DNA from: an uncultured bacterium
GTDB taxonomy: Bacteria > Patescibacteriota > JABMPQ01 > CAVVCK01
DNA: 64,000 nucleotides
Assembly (NCBI GenBank): GCA_963746775.1
Contig: CAVVCK010000001.1
Span: 83,050 to 147,049, forward strand
Reading direction: 5' to 3'
Below are positions 40,497-50,853 of this stretch, piece by piece. The translations under genes and the position numbers were made by a program. Within the stretch, counting starts at the first letter, position 1; every line of letters starts with the position of its first letter. A model generated the notes under the pieces. The model was not told where the DNA came from and made no database searches. It saw nothing but the letters and a program-made list of their open reading frames with translations.

Positions 40497-42137
40497 TTAA
40501 ATAGTACTGCCTCCAAAAACATTCAAAGCTTGTTTAGCTAAATCAGGAGTCGCTAATTTTGTTTTTTCTGACTTATTATTATCAATCTTAGTTCTTAAAT
40601 CATCACTTAAATCTTTATATAAGATCAGATCAAATAAAACCTTAGCTTTAAATAATTTTTGAGCCTCATCTTCCATAATCTGTTTATTCTTAAAATCTCT
40701 TAATTTCTCTTTATGAAAACTATATTTACAAACTAAAACAATCTTACCTTCCTGAATATCTAGCGGATCACATACTTTTAAAAATGACCCTAGGGTATAA
40801 TTCTTTTTACTAACCCCTTCGATAAAAATTGACCAGTCATTTCTAATATTAGAGATCATCTTAGGATCTAATAATTTAACATTATTTGTTTCTTTCTTAG
40901 ATTTATTTTCTTTCTGGCTATATTTTACAGTTTTTTTGTTTTTAAAATCTTCTGTTTTATTATTATTAGAAATTGAATTATTTTTTTTAATGTTGTGAAT
41001 ATTATTCTCAACAGGTTGATAGTTTGATTCTTGATTATTTGCTCCTATAGATTCAATAGTTGCTATTTCAAGAGGTAACTGGGGAATAATATTATCATCA
41101 ATTTCTTTTTTAGTTCTTATAAAATTGCCAATATAAGTAACTAATTCTCTAGGCGTTAATTTTTCCGATTGTTTTTCTAACTTATCTAGCTGTTCTTTGG
41201 TTAAATCAATTCCCTCGGTGGAGATTAAACTTTTATCTACTTTAGCTAATAATAACTTTCTAAAATATTCCAATAAATTTTTAAAGAACTGTTTTAAATC
41301 ATAACCTGAATCCGAAATATCACTTATCAACTTAATGGCATTTTTAACATCTTTTGTAATTAAATAATCAATAAAATCCAATACTTGTGATAAATCAGGA
41401 ATTCCTAATATTGATTTTGTTTCCTCAAAGGTAATTTTACTATCCTCTAGTGAAACCAATTGATTTAGAAGACTAAGAGCATCACGACTAGAACCAGAAG
41501 CATTAGAAGCTAAAAGATTTAGTGATCTTTCATCGATTTTTACTTTTTCCTTATTAGCAATATCGACTAATTGATTTACTATTTCTTTTTGCGTTAATTT
41601 TTTAAAATCAAACCGTTGACAACGAGATAAAATAGTGGCCGGAATCTTATGCACTTCTGTTGTAGCCAGTATAAAAATTGCATGAGCAGGTGGTTCTTCT
41701 AGGGTCTTTAATAAGGCATTAAAAGCTTCAATGGTCAGCATATGCACTTCATCAATGATGAAAACTTTGTATTTTAAATGATTAGGAGTAAATTTAATTT
41801 TTTCTTTTAATTCTCTAATTTCATCGATACCTCTATTAGAAGCAGCATCAATTTCTATAATATCAATTGCCTTGTTCTCATTTATTTCTTGGCAAAATTC
41901 ACATTTATCACAAGCTTCCACTCCTTTGTTTAGCTTCAACTTCTCACAATTAATGGCCTTAGCTAGCAGCCTCGCAATAGTAGTTTTGCCCACTCCCCTT
42001 GGTCCACAAAACAAATAAGCATGCGCCACTTTTTCTGATTTTAAAGCATTTTGTAGAGTTTTAACAACATGCTCTTGCCCAATGATATCAGTAAAACTTT
42101 GAGGTCTATATTTTCTATATAAAGCTAAATAAGACAT
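40497..42137 (-). CDS. dnaX: DNA polymerase III subunit gamma/tau
   Basis: 546 aa. LYRKYRPQSFTDIIGQEHVVKTL, GPRGVGKTT, the zinc module CEKCEFCQEI, and IIDEVHML. Confidence 0.9.
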   Translation of the reverse strand: MSYLALYRKYRPQSFTDIIGQEHVVKTLQNALKSEKVAHAYLFCGPRGVGKTTIARLLAKAINCEKLKLNKGVEACDKCEFCQEINENKAIDIIEIDAASNRGIDEIRELKEKIKFTPNHLKYKVFIIDEVHMLTIEAFNALLKTLEEPPAHAIFILATTEVHKIPATILSRCQRFDFKKLTQKEIVNQLVDIANKEKVKIDERSLNLLASNASGSSRDALSLLNQLVSLEDSKITFEETKSILGIPDLSQVLDFIDYLITKDVKNAIKLISDISDSGYDLKQFFKNLLEYFRKLLLAKVDKSLISTEGIDLTKEQLDKLEKQSEKLTPRELVTYIGNFIRTKKEIDDNIIPQLPLEIATIESIGANNQESNYQPVENNIHNIKKNNSISNNNKTEDFKNKKTVKYSQKENKSKKETNNVKLLDPKMISNIRNDWSIFIEGVSKKNYTLGSFLKVCDPLDIQEGKIVLVCKYSFHKEKLRDFKNKQIMEDEAQKLFKAKVLFDLILYKDLSDDLRTKIDNNKSEKTKLATPDLAKQALNVFGGSTI

Positions 42138-42287
42138 TGTTTAATAAATTAATATTACGTTAAATAATTATATTACATATTAAGTTTTTTGGAAGAGAAA
42201 AAAACAAATAAAAATAGCGCTTAAATATTTTTAGCGCTACTTTTTTAATTATTATCTATTCCTCAATAAATTTACTGATAAAGCAAA

Positions 42288-42330
42288 TTATCTTGTTATC
42301 TTGTTATCTTGTTATCTTGTTATCTTGTTT
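42288..42330. repeat. Octanucleotide tandem repeat (TCTTGTTA)x5, last unit imperfect, overlapping the stop codon of the gtrA-like gene
   Basis: tta tcttgtta tcttgtta tcttgtta tcttgtta tcttgttt. The reverse complement encodes the gtrA-like C-terminus ...NKITR-stop. Confidence 0.8.
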
Positions 42331-42771
42331 CTGTATTTTCAAAGCCCAAAACTTATACCCAAGAAAATTCCAAAATAAAGCTATACCTGTTGCCAATAAT
42401 TTCCCAATATTAGCCCAAAGACCTTCTGATAAACCAAATTGGGGATCTATGAAAGTTGTAAAAATAAATAAAATTGAGCTATTTATAATAGCACCGATAA
42501 TACTAACTGTTATAAACTTAGCAAATTCCTGGGGTATTTTATCTTTTTTCTTTACTTTAAAAGTCCAATATTTATTCCATAAATAGCTATTAGTAACAGC
42601 TATACTAAAACTAATTATGTTTAAAAATATGATTAAGCGGCCGCTATAAATCTTTGTAAACCACATTAGACTATTTAAAACCAAAAAATCAAGCCCGGTA
42701 TTCATTACACCTGTAACTCCAAATTTTAAGATCTGCAAAATAATGGGATACTTTTCAAAAAACTTTTTCAT
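42304..42771 (-). CDS. GtrA-family membrane protein (polysaccharide/lipid-linked sugar translocation associated)
   Basis: 155 aa. ILKFGVTGVMNTGLDFLVLNSLMW ... SYLWNKYWTF is the GtrA-family pattern. 4 TM. Confidence 0.7.
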   Translation of the reverse strand: MKKFFEKYPIILQILKFGVTGVMNTGLDFLVLNSLMWFTKIYSGRLIIFLNIISFSIAVTNSYLWNKYWTFKVKKKDKIPQEFAKFITVSIIGAIINSSILFIFTTFIDPQFGLSEGLWANIGKLLATGIALFWNFLGYKFWALKIQKQDNKITR

Positions 42772-42797
42772 TTGTTTTTGTTTTTTATTAATAAAAA

Positions 42798-43352
42798 CTA
42801 TACAGCTTTCTTTATAACATTTTCGATAGCAGCCCAGGCACTTTCTTTTTCCTTAGGTACTACAATAGTTACAGTATCACCATCTTCTAATTTAAAATAG
42901 GTGGCACTAGCAAGTAATATTTTATATGTTTTATCTTCTGATTCTATGACATATTCATCTTGACTGATCTGTTTTACTTGGCCAATCATTTTATTTCTCT
43001 CAATAGGCCCTATTTGTTTAAATATAAAAGTACCATCTTCAGAAATAGTTAATTTTAATACATCTCCTTCTATTAACTTTGACTTACTAGCATAATTAGC
43101 CGGTACTGGATACATCTTTTCATCAGGATCAATCATGTTTTGTCCGTCAAATACACCCTCTATAATTTTCTCTTCTTCAATTATTTCTTGTTTTCTGGCT
43201 TGTCTTTTTAAATCCTCCTGATTTACATTCAAATCTAAATCAAAATCTACGTCTTCACCCGAAAGAATCTTGAGAGCTTCTTTAATATTAAACTCTGCAT
43301 TTTGAAGCTTTTTCTTAATTTGTGCAATGTCAATGTTTTGTTTTTTTGTCAT
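42798..43352 (-). CDS. Hypothetical acidic protein
   Basis: 184 aa. No recognisable motif. Co-directional with the VirD4-like ATPase. Confidence 0.35.
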   Translation of the reverse strand: MTKKQNIDIAQIKKKLQNAEFNIKEALKILSGEDVDFDLDLNVNQEDLKRQARKQEIIEEEKIIEGVFDGQNMIDPDEKMYPVPANYASKSKLIEGDVLKLTISEDGTFIFKQIGPIERNKMIGQVKQISQDEYVIESEDKTYKILLASATYFKLEDGDTVTIVVPKEKESAWAAIENVIKKAV

Positions 43353-43580
43353 TTTTTATTTTTTTTATTTCTTTATATATTATTATTACGTACAAAAATT
43401 TTAAAAAATATGATTTTTAATTATAGGCATCTAAAGCCTATTTTTTGTATGTAATTTATATGTTGCGCAATATTTTTACTCATTAATAAGTATGCGCAAA
43501 TATTTATATTTTTAAGTTAATTTATAATAAGTCTAAGTAGAATACATTAATTAAAAAATTAGTCAAGACTAACTTATAAA

Positions 43581-46073
43581 TTACATAGTTCGCTCAATTT
43601 CATTCACTTTTACGTTCTGAGTACCTAATTGAGCTCGCTCCATTATCTCAGCATTAACTATTTTCTTGTCACGTCCAAATTTTAGACGAGATAACTGTTT
43701 AATGGCTTCGGCAATCTCTTTACTACCACCCTCATAAGGCGGATAAGTTCCCATAGTAAAAGGAGTGGATTTTTGTGATTTAGTCATAAGCCTCAAATAG
43801 GCATGAAATCTTTCTATATTAATCACATCTGTCTCTGAAAAGATAGGATCAAACTCCTTAGCAATCACTTCAGCATCTTCTACACCAATTCTGAAAGTAA
43901 TGAAACTACCCACGTTACCAAAAACAGCATCTCTAATCTCTTCTTCTAGCTGCGTTATATATTGATGAGCTACAATTAAATTTAACCTATATTTTCTGGC
44001 CTCAGCCAAGATAGAAGCAAAACTATCAGTGGCAAAATTCTGAAACTCATCAACGTACAAATAAAAATCTTTTCGATCAGCTTCTGGCATATCTGCTCTA
44101 CCCATAGCCGCCATTTGAATCTTAGAAACAATAATTAAACCTAATAATTCACTGTTAACTTCTCCCGTCCTACCTTTGGATAAGTTAACTAATAAAACTT
44201 TTTCATTATCCATGATATCTCTTAGATCAAAAGCAGAGTGATTCTGACCCATGATATTCCTCATCATTTCGTTCTCTACAAATTTACCTACTTTAGAGAT
44301 TAAATAACCTAACATTTCGGATTTATGAAAATCAGAAGTCTTAGCCATTTCTTTCTCCCAAAAAGCGCGAACTACAGGATCATCCAGTTTTTTAACCCAA
44401 CTATCTGCAAATTCTTGATCTGAAAACATACGCGGTATTTCCACTATCGTCCCAGGCTCCTCCTTATCAGACATTAAAGTTAACATTACATTTCTCATAT
44501 TATGTTCAAACATAGGACCTATCATTTCTGGAGGAAATAATTTGTAAAAAATATTAATCATTTCCTGTACAGCAAAATCTTTTTGCTCAGGACTTTTAAA
44601 TTCTAACATATTTAATCCCATTGGCCGCTCAGTATCAAAAGGCTCAAACAAAACAATATCGTCTGCCCGTTCTTTTGGAATATGTGGCAAGACACCATCT
44701 ACCAAATCTCCATGAGGATCAATTACACAACAGCCTTTGCCGTCTTTAATATCCTGAATAATCATATTCTGTAAAAAAACAGATTTACCAGTACCAGTCT
44801 GCCCGATTATATACATATGACGCCTTCGATCATCATTAGAAATTCTAACTTCTTTTTCATCTCCTCGATAATTAGTTTTACCTAATAACAATCCTTCTTT
44901 GGGTAAATTGGGCGGAGGCGGAGCATCCTTAGCCAATAGCCAATCTATGTTTGGCGTTTCCGTAAATTTAGTGGGCAAATGAAAAATGCTAGTTAATTCT
45001 TCTGTATTTAATATGTTTTTCATGGAAGGTAATAATCCTCCCTTAAAATATCTAAAAATAAAACCAGCAATAAATTTATGCATTTTTCTCTTACTTTGTA
45101 TTTTTATTATAAAATTATTTAAACTGGGAATAGTATATTGCGTAAAAGCACCTTTTAAATTTTCCAAATTCATTTCCGCCCGCTCGGCTGTTTTGGCTGA
45201 GGTAATTATTCTAATACATGTTTCAAAGCCTAGTTTATTAGATTTTTCTTCTAAAATTTTAGCAAATTCTTCCTGCATTTGAGATATCCTATCAGGAGTA
45301 TCTTGGCTTCTTGGCTCTTGCGGTTTGGAAAAAAATGTGAGAGGATCAGGAGTTTTACTATTAGCAAACATTTTTACGAAAAATGGAGAAGTAGCTTCAT
45401 TCAAAGTTTTTCCTTTCTGTATCATTTCTTTAGCAATTTTTCTGCCCTTCAACATCCATTTTTTAGAAGCCGGCCGAATAATTATCTGGATAGCTGCTCC
45501 TTCATCCTCTGATAATTTAGATAATGAGTTAGTAATAGCATCCATAGGATCAGCTTCCATCTTTTGATAAGTTTTTATAGGAAAATAATTTTTTTTAGCC
45601 ATTTTCACATATGCCCCTTTAACAAAATAACCAGGCTTAAACATATTATAGTCACCTGACTCTTTTATTAATGCTTTTGGGTACTGGGAATGAATAATTT
45701 TCTCTATGTAATTAGCATATTTTCTAGGTACAGATACATAAAAATAAATAGAACCGTCTCTAGAAACAGTCTCAATAGAAATAAAATCGGGACCATACAA
45801 AAGAGAAGCCAATCCTCCTTTCTTAATGGCATATAAATTAGAGTACATTTGCTCAGCTACTGAAATTATATCTTTTTCTTCTTTTTTGGCTTCTTCAGTA
45901 ATTGGTTTAACCTCTCTGGGTACCGAAATAGATAAAGTTATCATGGATAGAGATCTTGGTACCATATTACGAATTCTCAAATATCTAAATAAAGCTGACA
46001 AAAATAAACTAGCGATAAAACTAATAATAATAATTTGCGAAATTATTTTAAATACTTCGTAATCTATTTCCAT
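43581..46073 (-). CDS. TraG/TraD/VirD4-family type IV coupling-protein-like membrane ATPase (AAA-like plus TraM-recognition region)
   Basis: 830 aa. N-terminal TM helices. Walker A GQTGTGKSVFLQNMI, CCVIDPHGD, Walker B LYVDEFQNF, and a C-terminal FtsK/VirD4-like region. Confidence 0.55.
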   Translation of the reverse strand: MEIDYEVFKIISQIIIISFIASLFLSALFRYLRIRNMVPRSLSMITLSISVPREVKPITEEAKKEEKDIISVAEQMYSNLYAIKKGGLASLLYGPDFISIETVSRDGSIYFYVSVPRKYANYIEKIIHSQYPKALIKESGDYNMFKPGYFVKGAYVKMAKKNYFPIKTYQKMEADPMDAITNSLSKLSEDEGAAIQIIIRPASKKWMLKGRKIAKEMIQKGKTLNEATSPFFVKMFANSKTPDPLTFFSKPQEPRSQDTPDRISQMQEEFAKILEEKSNKLGFETCIRIITSAKTAERAEMNLENLKGAFTQYTIPSLNNFIIKIQSKRKMHKFIAGFIFRYFKGGLLPSMKNILNTEELTSIFHLPTKFTETPNIDWLLAKDAPPPPNLPKEGLLLGKTNYRGDEKEVRISNDDRRRHMYIIGQTGTGKSVFLQNMIIQDIKDGKGCCVIDPHGDLVDGVLPHIPKERADDIVLFEPFDTERPMGLNMLEFKSPEQKDFAVQEMINIFYKLFPPEMIGPMFEHNMRNVMLTLMSDKEEPGTIVEIPRMFSDQEFADSWVKKLDDPVVRAFWEKEMAKTSDFHKSEMLGYLISKVGKFVENEMMRNIMGQNHSAFDLRDIMDNEKVLLVNLSKGRTGEVNSELLGLIIVSKIQMAAMGRADMPEADRKDFYLYVDEFQNFATDSFASILAEARKYRLNLIVAHQYITQLEEEIRDAVFGNVGSFITFRIGVEDAEVIAKEFDPIFSETDVINIERFHAYLRLMTKSQKSTPFTMGTYPPYEGGSKEIAEAIKQLSRLKFGRDKKIVNAEIMERAQLGTQNVKVNEIERTM

Positions 46074-46082
46074 TTTTAAATT

Positions 46083-46586
46083 TTAAATTTTCTTTTTCTT
46101 TTTTAATAAATCATACAAATTATCCACCAAAGTATCGTGGAATTCATCTAAAAGATAGGGGTCATTTAACTGATCGGCAATACTAGCAGCATAATTTACG
46201 CCTTTTTTAAAAGCCAAATAAACTAAGGTTTTCACTTTTTTAGGCTTATCCATAGACATAATTGCTTTTAAATCTGCATCTAAATCACTATTATCACTCT
46301 TTTTAATTTTAACTGGTTTAATAATTTTCTGTGACAATTTTACCTTATTAGGGCTCTCGGGATTTATCCTTATTTTTTCTTTCTCTTGATTAATTTCTTT
46401 TTCTTTTGTCTTTTTCTCTAAAACTTGATTTTTTTCTAGTGGCTCTTTTTTAAGTGATTCTAATTCTTTTTCTTTCCTGGCAAGTTCTTCTTTTAATATT
46501 CTTACTTCTTCTTCAGTTGTTAATTGATTCTTTGTTACTTCATTATTTAGACTAGCTTCTTCTTTTTTAAATATTGGCTGGGGCAT
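46083..46586 (-). CDS. Hypothetical Lys/Glu-rich coiled-coil protein
   Basis: 167 aa. Charged repetitive N-terminal half, C-terminal YLAFKKGVNYAASIADQLNDPYLLDEF. Confidence 0.35.
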   Translation of the reverse strand: MPQPIFKKEEASLNNEVTKNQLTTEEEVRILKEELARKEKELESLKKEPLEKNQVLEKKTKEKEINQEKEKIRINPESPNKVKLSQKIIKPVKIKKSDNSDLDADLKAIMSMDKPKKVKTLVYLAFKKGVNYAASIADQLNDPYLLDEFHDTLVDNLYDLLKKKKKI

Positions 46587-46640
46587 TTATATTATGTTTT
46601 ATTGATTTTAATATTCCTTATAATTATATCATTTTTTAGT

Positions 46641-47705
46641 CTATAAATCAATTGTTGATTCTTCTAAATTCATTCTTTTTAAAATTCCTTTTGCCTCAAT
46701 GTCTGTAGCTTTCCTTGGTTGATTATAGTTTTCTATTTTTATAGGTATAAAATTAATTTGTTTTAAATTTTTATTGACAAATTTACAGCTAGCAATTACT
46801 CCCTCCTGAGTTTCTTGCGACCACATCTGATCAAATACTAAATTTCCTAAGCTATAAATTATAAATCCATTATTATATTTTTCAGTAGTTTGAACCACAT
46901 GAGGATGATGCCCTAAAACTAAATTTGCTCCAGCATCTATCGCTTCTCTGGCAAATTCTTTCTGCTCTACATTAGGGTAATTTTGATATTCAGCTCCAGC
47001 ATGCATAGAAACAATAATAACATCAGCTGTTTTTCTAGCTCTTTCAACATCCTTCTTCATTTCTAAAATATTCATAAAAGCAACATCTGGATCATTAGAA
47101 GTTACACTAGACTTAAAATTAGCTCCATCACTATAAGTATAAGCTAAAAATGCAAATTTTATTTCTTCTTTTTCAATAATCTTCTCTTGATGTGCTTCAT
47201 TAAAATTTCTACCAGCTCCCGCATATTCTATATTGTTTTTATTTAAAAGATCAAAAGAGTACAATAACCCATTACTGCCCCTATTTTTAGCATGATTATT
47301 AGCCATCGATACTATATCTATACCAGCCAAATTAAGTCCTTCTATAGTTTCTGGTTCTGATTTAAAAACCATGCCATCGGTTACATATTCTCCCTGGTTA
47401 TAAAAAGGAGATTCTAGATTAATAAAAGCAATGTCTGCTTCAGAAAATATATTAGATATTTTTCTAAAAGGCAGGGCCATATCTCCAGACTTTCTTATTT
47501 TAGTTCCCACATAACGTGACAACATTACATCCCCGCCAGCTGCTAGAGTTGTTTCTATGTCTTTTTTTTCTTCAACTATCTGTTCGTTTTTCTGAACCTC
47601 TTCAACAGATTGAACTTTGTTATGGGAACTAAATTTTAAAAAACCATAAATACTAACAGCCAAAAATATTATGCCAATTAAAATAAATTTAAAAATTTTT
47701 CTCAT
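46641..47705 (-). CDS. capA: CapA/PgsA-family metallophosphoesterase (poly-gamma-glutamate capsule biosynthesis protein-like)
   Basis: 354 aa. Signal/TM anchor, then GDVMLSR ... NLESP ... SMANNHAKNRG ... GAG metallophosphatase motifs. Confidence 0.7.
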   Translation of the reverse strand: MRKIFKFILIGIIFLAVSIYGFLKFSSHNKVQSVEEVQKNEQIVEEKKDIETTLAAGGDVMLSRYVGTKIRKSGDMALPFRKISNIFSEADIAFINLESPFYNQGEYVTDGMVFKSEPETIEGLNLAGIDIVSMANNHAKNRGSNGLLYSFDLLNKNNIEYAGAGRNFNEAHQEKIIEKEEIKFAFLAYTYSDGANFKSSVTSNDPDVAFMNILEMKKDVERARKTADVIIVSMHAGAEYQNYPNVEQKEFAREAIDAGANLVLGHHPHVVQTTEKYNNGFIIYSLGNLVFDQMWSQETQEGVIASCKFVNKNLKQINFIPIKIENYNQPRKATDIEAKGILKRMNLEESTIDL

Positions 47706-47846
47706 AAATTAATTATTTCTTTTATTTAAGCAAAATTTTTAAATTTAGTAAATAATATATATTGTAAAAACGCTAAAAAAATGCCAAACTATATACATTC
47801 AATTAAAACATCTAGAACATTTTAGAACAATATAACAATCCAACTT

Positions 47847-49118
47847 ATGCCCCTAAAATTATATAATACTTATTCCCACAAAAAAGAATTATTTGAACCC
47901 TTAAACCCGTCTCAAGTTACCATGTATAATTGTGGACCTACTGTTTATGATTTTGTCCATATTGGCAACTTATCTACTTATTTGATGGCTGATCTAGTCA
48001 GACGCTACTTAGAATACAAAGGTTATAAAGTTAAACAGATCATGAATATAACCGATGTGGGACATTTAGTATCTGACGGGGATAGTGGTGAAGACAAAAT
48101 GTTAAAAGGTGCTAAAAGGGAAGGTAAAACTCCCCAAGAAATTGCTGAATTTTACACTCAGGCTTTCTATAAAGATATAGAGAAAATGAATATTGAAAAA
48201 GCCTACGAGTACCCCCGCGCCACCAAACATATTCCGGAAATGATTGTCTTAATAAAAAAACTTTTAGAAAAAAATATAGCTTATGAGAAAAATGGCAATG
48301 TTTATTTTGATATTTCTAAATTTAAAAATTATGGCAAATTATCCGGCAATACTAAGGAAAAACTGGAAGAGTTGATTAGAGGCGCCAGATCCAAAATTGT
48401 TCAAGATAAAAATAAAAAGAGTCCTTTTGATTTTGCCTTATGGCTCAAAGCCCCTAAAAATCATATTATGAAATGGAAATCTCCTTGGAGTATAGGTTAT
48501 CCTGGCTGGCACATTGAATGCAGTGCTATGAGCATAAAATATTTGGGAGAAACTATTGATATCCATACTGGTGGCGAAGATAATCTTTTTCCTCATCACG
48601 AAAATGAAATCGCCCAATCAGAATCCTTGACTAGCAAAAAATTCGTACGGATTTGGATGCATAAAAGATATCTTTTAGTTGATGGCCAAAAAATGTCTAA
48701 GTCTAGGGGGAATTTCTATAGATTAGTAGATTTAGAAAAATTAGGCTTTGACTCCATGGATTTCAGATATTCAATTCTGCAATCCCATTATAGAAGCCAG
48801 ATTAACTTTTCTAAGGATGCACTAAAACAAGCTCATGAAAGTTTAAAAAGAATTAAGGAATTTATACTAAGACTTAAATCTATAAATAACAGCAAAAAGC
48901 CAAGCCAAGATATTGGAAAGCTTATCCAAAATACCCAAGATACCTTCGAAAAGCATATGGATAATGATTTAGACACTCCTCAAGCTTTAGCCTCTCTTTT
49001 TGAACTTATTAATCAGGTGAACAAATCTATTGATCAAGAAAAAATTAATAAAAATAGGGCTAAAGATATATTGAATTTTATTCTAAAAATAGAACCAGAT
49101 ATTAGGTTTAAGGCTTGA
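47847..49118 (+). CDS. cysS: Cysteinyl-tRNA synthetase (catalytic and anticodon-binding regions; the C-terminal segment is out of frame, see next feature)
   Basis: 423 aa. [15 protein letters not shown] (HIGH), KMSKSRGN (KMSKS), zinc-ligand Cys/His positions. ORF stops at RFKA-stop. Confidence 0.9.
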   Translation: MPLKLYNTYSHKKELFEPLNPSQVTMYNCGPTVYDFVHIGNLSTYLMADLVRRYLEYKGYKVKQIMNITDVGHLVSDGDSGEDKMLKGAKREGKTPQEIAEFYTQAFYKDIEKMNIEKAYEYPRATKHIPEMIVLIKKLLEKNIAYEKNGNVYFDISKFKNYGKLSGNTKEKLEELIRGARSKIVQDKNKKSPFDFALWLKAPKNHIMKWKSPWSIGYPGWHIECSAMSIKYLGETIDIHTGGEDNLFPHHENEIAQSESLTSKKFVRIWMHKRYLLVDGQKMSKSRGNFYRLVDLEKLGFDSMDFRYSILQSHYRSQINFSKDALKQAHESLKRIKEFILRLKSINNSKKPSQDIGKLIQNTQDTFEKHMDNDLDTPQALASLFELINQVNKSIDQEKINKNRAKDILNFILKIEPDIRFKA

Positions 49119-49296
49119 TCAAGATAAAATTATTTCTCCTGATAAAGAAAATGAGGTAAACGAGTTAATAAAAGAAAGAAATAAAGCCAGAAAAGATGAA
49201 AACTGGAGTAAGGCAGATAAAATTAGAGAGGACTTGTTAAAACTAGGAGTGGAAATCAAAGATACGGACAAAGGAACAATTTGGGAAAAACTATAA
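49093..49296 (+). CDS. cysS: Conserved C-terminal domain of CysS encoded in the +1 frame relative to the main cysS ORF (apparent frameshift)
   Basis: Frame-1 translation [67 protein letters not shown]-stop matches the CysS C-terminus (LGL ... R..AR..K.W..AD.IRD.L...GI.LEDT..GT.W). A frame-1 stop (tag, 49090-49092) sits just upstream, so the shift is localised to about 49085-49118, near an A5 run. Confidence 0.6.
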   Translation, partial: NQILGLRLDQDKIISPDKENEVNELIKERNKARKDENWSKADKIREDLLKLGVEIKDTDKGTIWEKL

Positions 49297-49436
49297 AATA
49301 TTCTTTCTATCCATACCCTAACCGTTATTTTATAGTCACTAGCAAAACTATCCCCTTTTCACTCACACCTAACCTCTAGTTTCATATTGTTCATTAAAAA
49401 TTCTTGTGATAAAGTAGAATATCTTAAACTTATTTT

Positions 49437-50831
49437 ATGTCACAAGAAAATATAACAACAAAATTACCACCTCAAAATTTAGAAGCAGAACAATCTGTCC
49501 TAGGTGCACTTTTGATCGATAAAGAAGCCATAGCCAAAATATCAGATATTCTAAAACCGGCCGATTTCTATAAAGAAGCACATGCTTTAATTTTTGAGGC
49601 AATACTAGATTTATTTGAAGTAAGAGATCCGATTGATATTTTAAGCCTTTCTAATAGATTAGAAGAAAATAAAAAACTTTCACAAATAGGTGGCAGGAGT
49701 TTCCTATTATCACTAGCTGCCTCGGTTCCTTCTTCAGCACATATAGTTCACTACGCTAATATTGTTAGAAAAAAATCAACTTTCAGAGGTCTAATTCAAG
49801 CTTCAGGAGAAATAACCGAATTAGGTTACGAAGAAACTGACGATGTAGAAAAAGTATTAGATAAAGCAGAACAGAAATTATTTAATATTTCTCAAAGATC
49901 CTTAAAACAAAATTTTACGCCTGTTAAAGATATTTTAGGAGAAACCTTTGAGCGCATAGATGAATTACATAAAGGAGGAGGTAAACTAAGAGGAGTTCCA
50001 ACCGGATTTACCGATTTAGACAATCTTTTGGCCGGCTTTCAAAAATCAGATTTAATAATCCTAGCTGCCCGCCCTAGTATGGGTAAGACAAGTTTGGCTC
50101 TTGATTTAACTCGCCATGTAGCTATTAAAGAAAAAATACCGGTAGGAATATTTAGTCTAGAAATGTCCAAGGAGCAGTTAGTTGATAGGCTTTTGTGTTC
50201 TGAAGCTAATGTTGACCTTTGGAAAATGAGAACAGGTAAATTATCTACCCAGGGAGAAAATGATGACTTTTCTAGAATAGGAGAAACCATGGGAATCCTA
50301 TCAGAAGCTCCTATATTTATAGATGATTCTCCTGGCAGTAATATCATGGAGCTACGAACTAAAGCCAGAAGATTGCATACTGAACATAAATTGGGATTTA
50401 TCGTTGTTGATTATTTGCAACTCATGGAGGGAAGAAGTAAAGAAAATAGAGTTCAGGAAATATCAGAAATATCCCGGGCTCTCAAAGGTATTGCTCGTGA
50501 GCTGAATGTACCAGTGCTGGCCCTCTCGCAGCTATCGCGTGCAGTTGAGTCAAGAACCCCGCCTATTCCACAGTTATCCGACTTAAGAGAATCTGGCTCT
50601 ATCGAGCAAGACGCTGATGTGGTAATGTTTATCTACAGAGAAGAAATGTATAAAAAAGAAACGGAAAGAAAAAATATTGCTGAAATACATGTTAAAAAAC
50701 ACAGAAATGGCCCTACTGGACAAATCGATCTTTTCTTTGATCGTGAAAGAGTTTGCTTCAAGAATTTGGATAAAAAACTTCAACAGCTGCAACCTAGCGG
50801 TATGGAAGAATTAGCTATAGAAGAATTTTAA
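49437..50831 (+). CDS. dnaB: Replicative DNA helicase DnaB
   Basis: 464 aa. LPPQNLEAEQSVLGALLID, Walker A ARPSMGKTSLALD, FIVVDYLQLM, ALSQLSR. No intein. Confidence 0.95.
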   Translation: MSQENITTKLPPQNLEAEQSVLGALLIDKEAIAKISDILKPADFYKEAHALIFEAILDLFEVRDPIDILSLSNRLEENKKLSQIGGRSFLLSLAASVPSSAHIVHYANIVRKKSTFRGLIQASGEITELGYEETDDVEKVLDKAEQKLFNISQRSLKQNFTPVKDILGETFERIDELHKGGGKLRGVPTGFTDLDNLLAGFQKSDLIILAARPSMGKTSLALDLTRHVAIKEKIPVGIFSLEMSKEQLVDRLLCSEANVDLWKMRTGKLSTQGENDDFSRIGETMGILSEAPIFIDDSPGSNIMELRTKARRLHTEHKLGFIVVDYLQLMEGRSKENRVQEISEISRALKGIARELNVPVLALSQLSRAVESRTPPIPQLSDLRESGSIEQDADVVMFIYREEMYKKETERKNIAEIHVKKHRNGPTGQIDLFFDRERVCFKNLDKKLQQLQPSGMEELAIEEF

Positions 50832-50853
50832 AAATTTATTATAATATAAACCC

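Noticed and set aside
42288-42330. CRISPR array
   Set aside because: An 8-bp unit with no spacers is a simple microsatellite. No other direct-repeat/spacer structure or cas genes are in the window.
47706-47846. Chromosomal origin (oriC) at the minus-to-plus strand switch near dnaB/dnaX
   Set aside because: There are no DnaA-box clusters (TTATCCACA-like) and no dnaA/dnaN. Genes revert to the minus strand after recR. The strand switch is more likely a local rearrangement.
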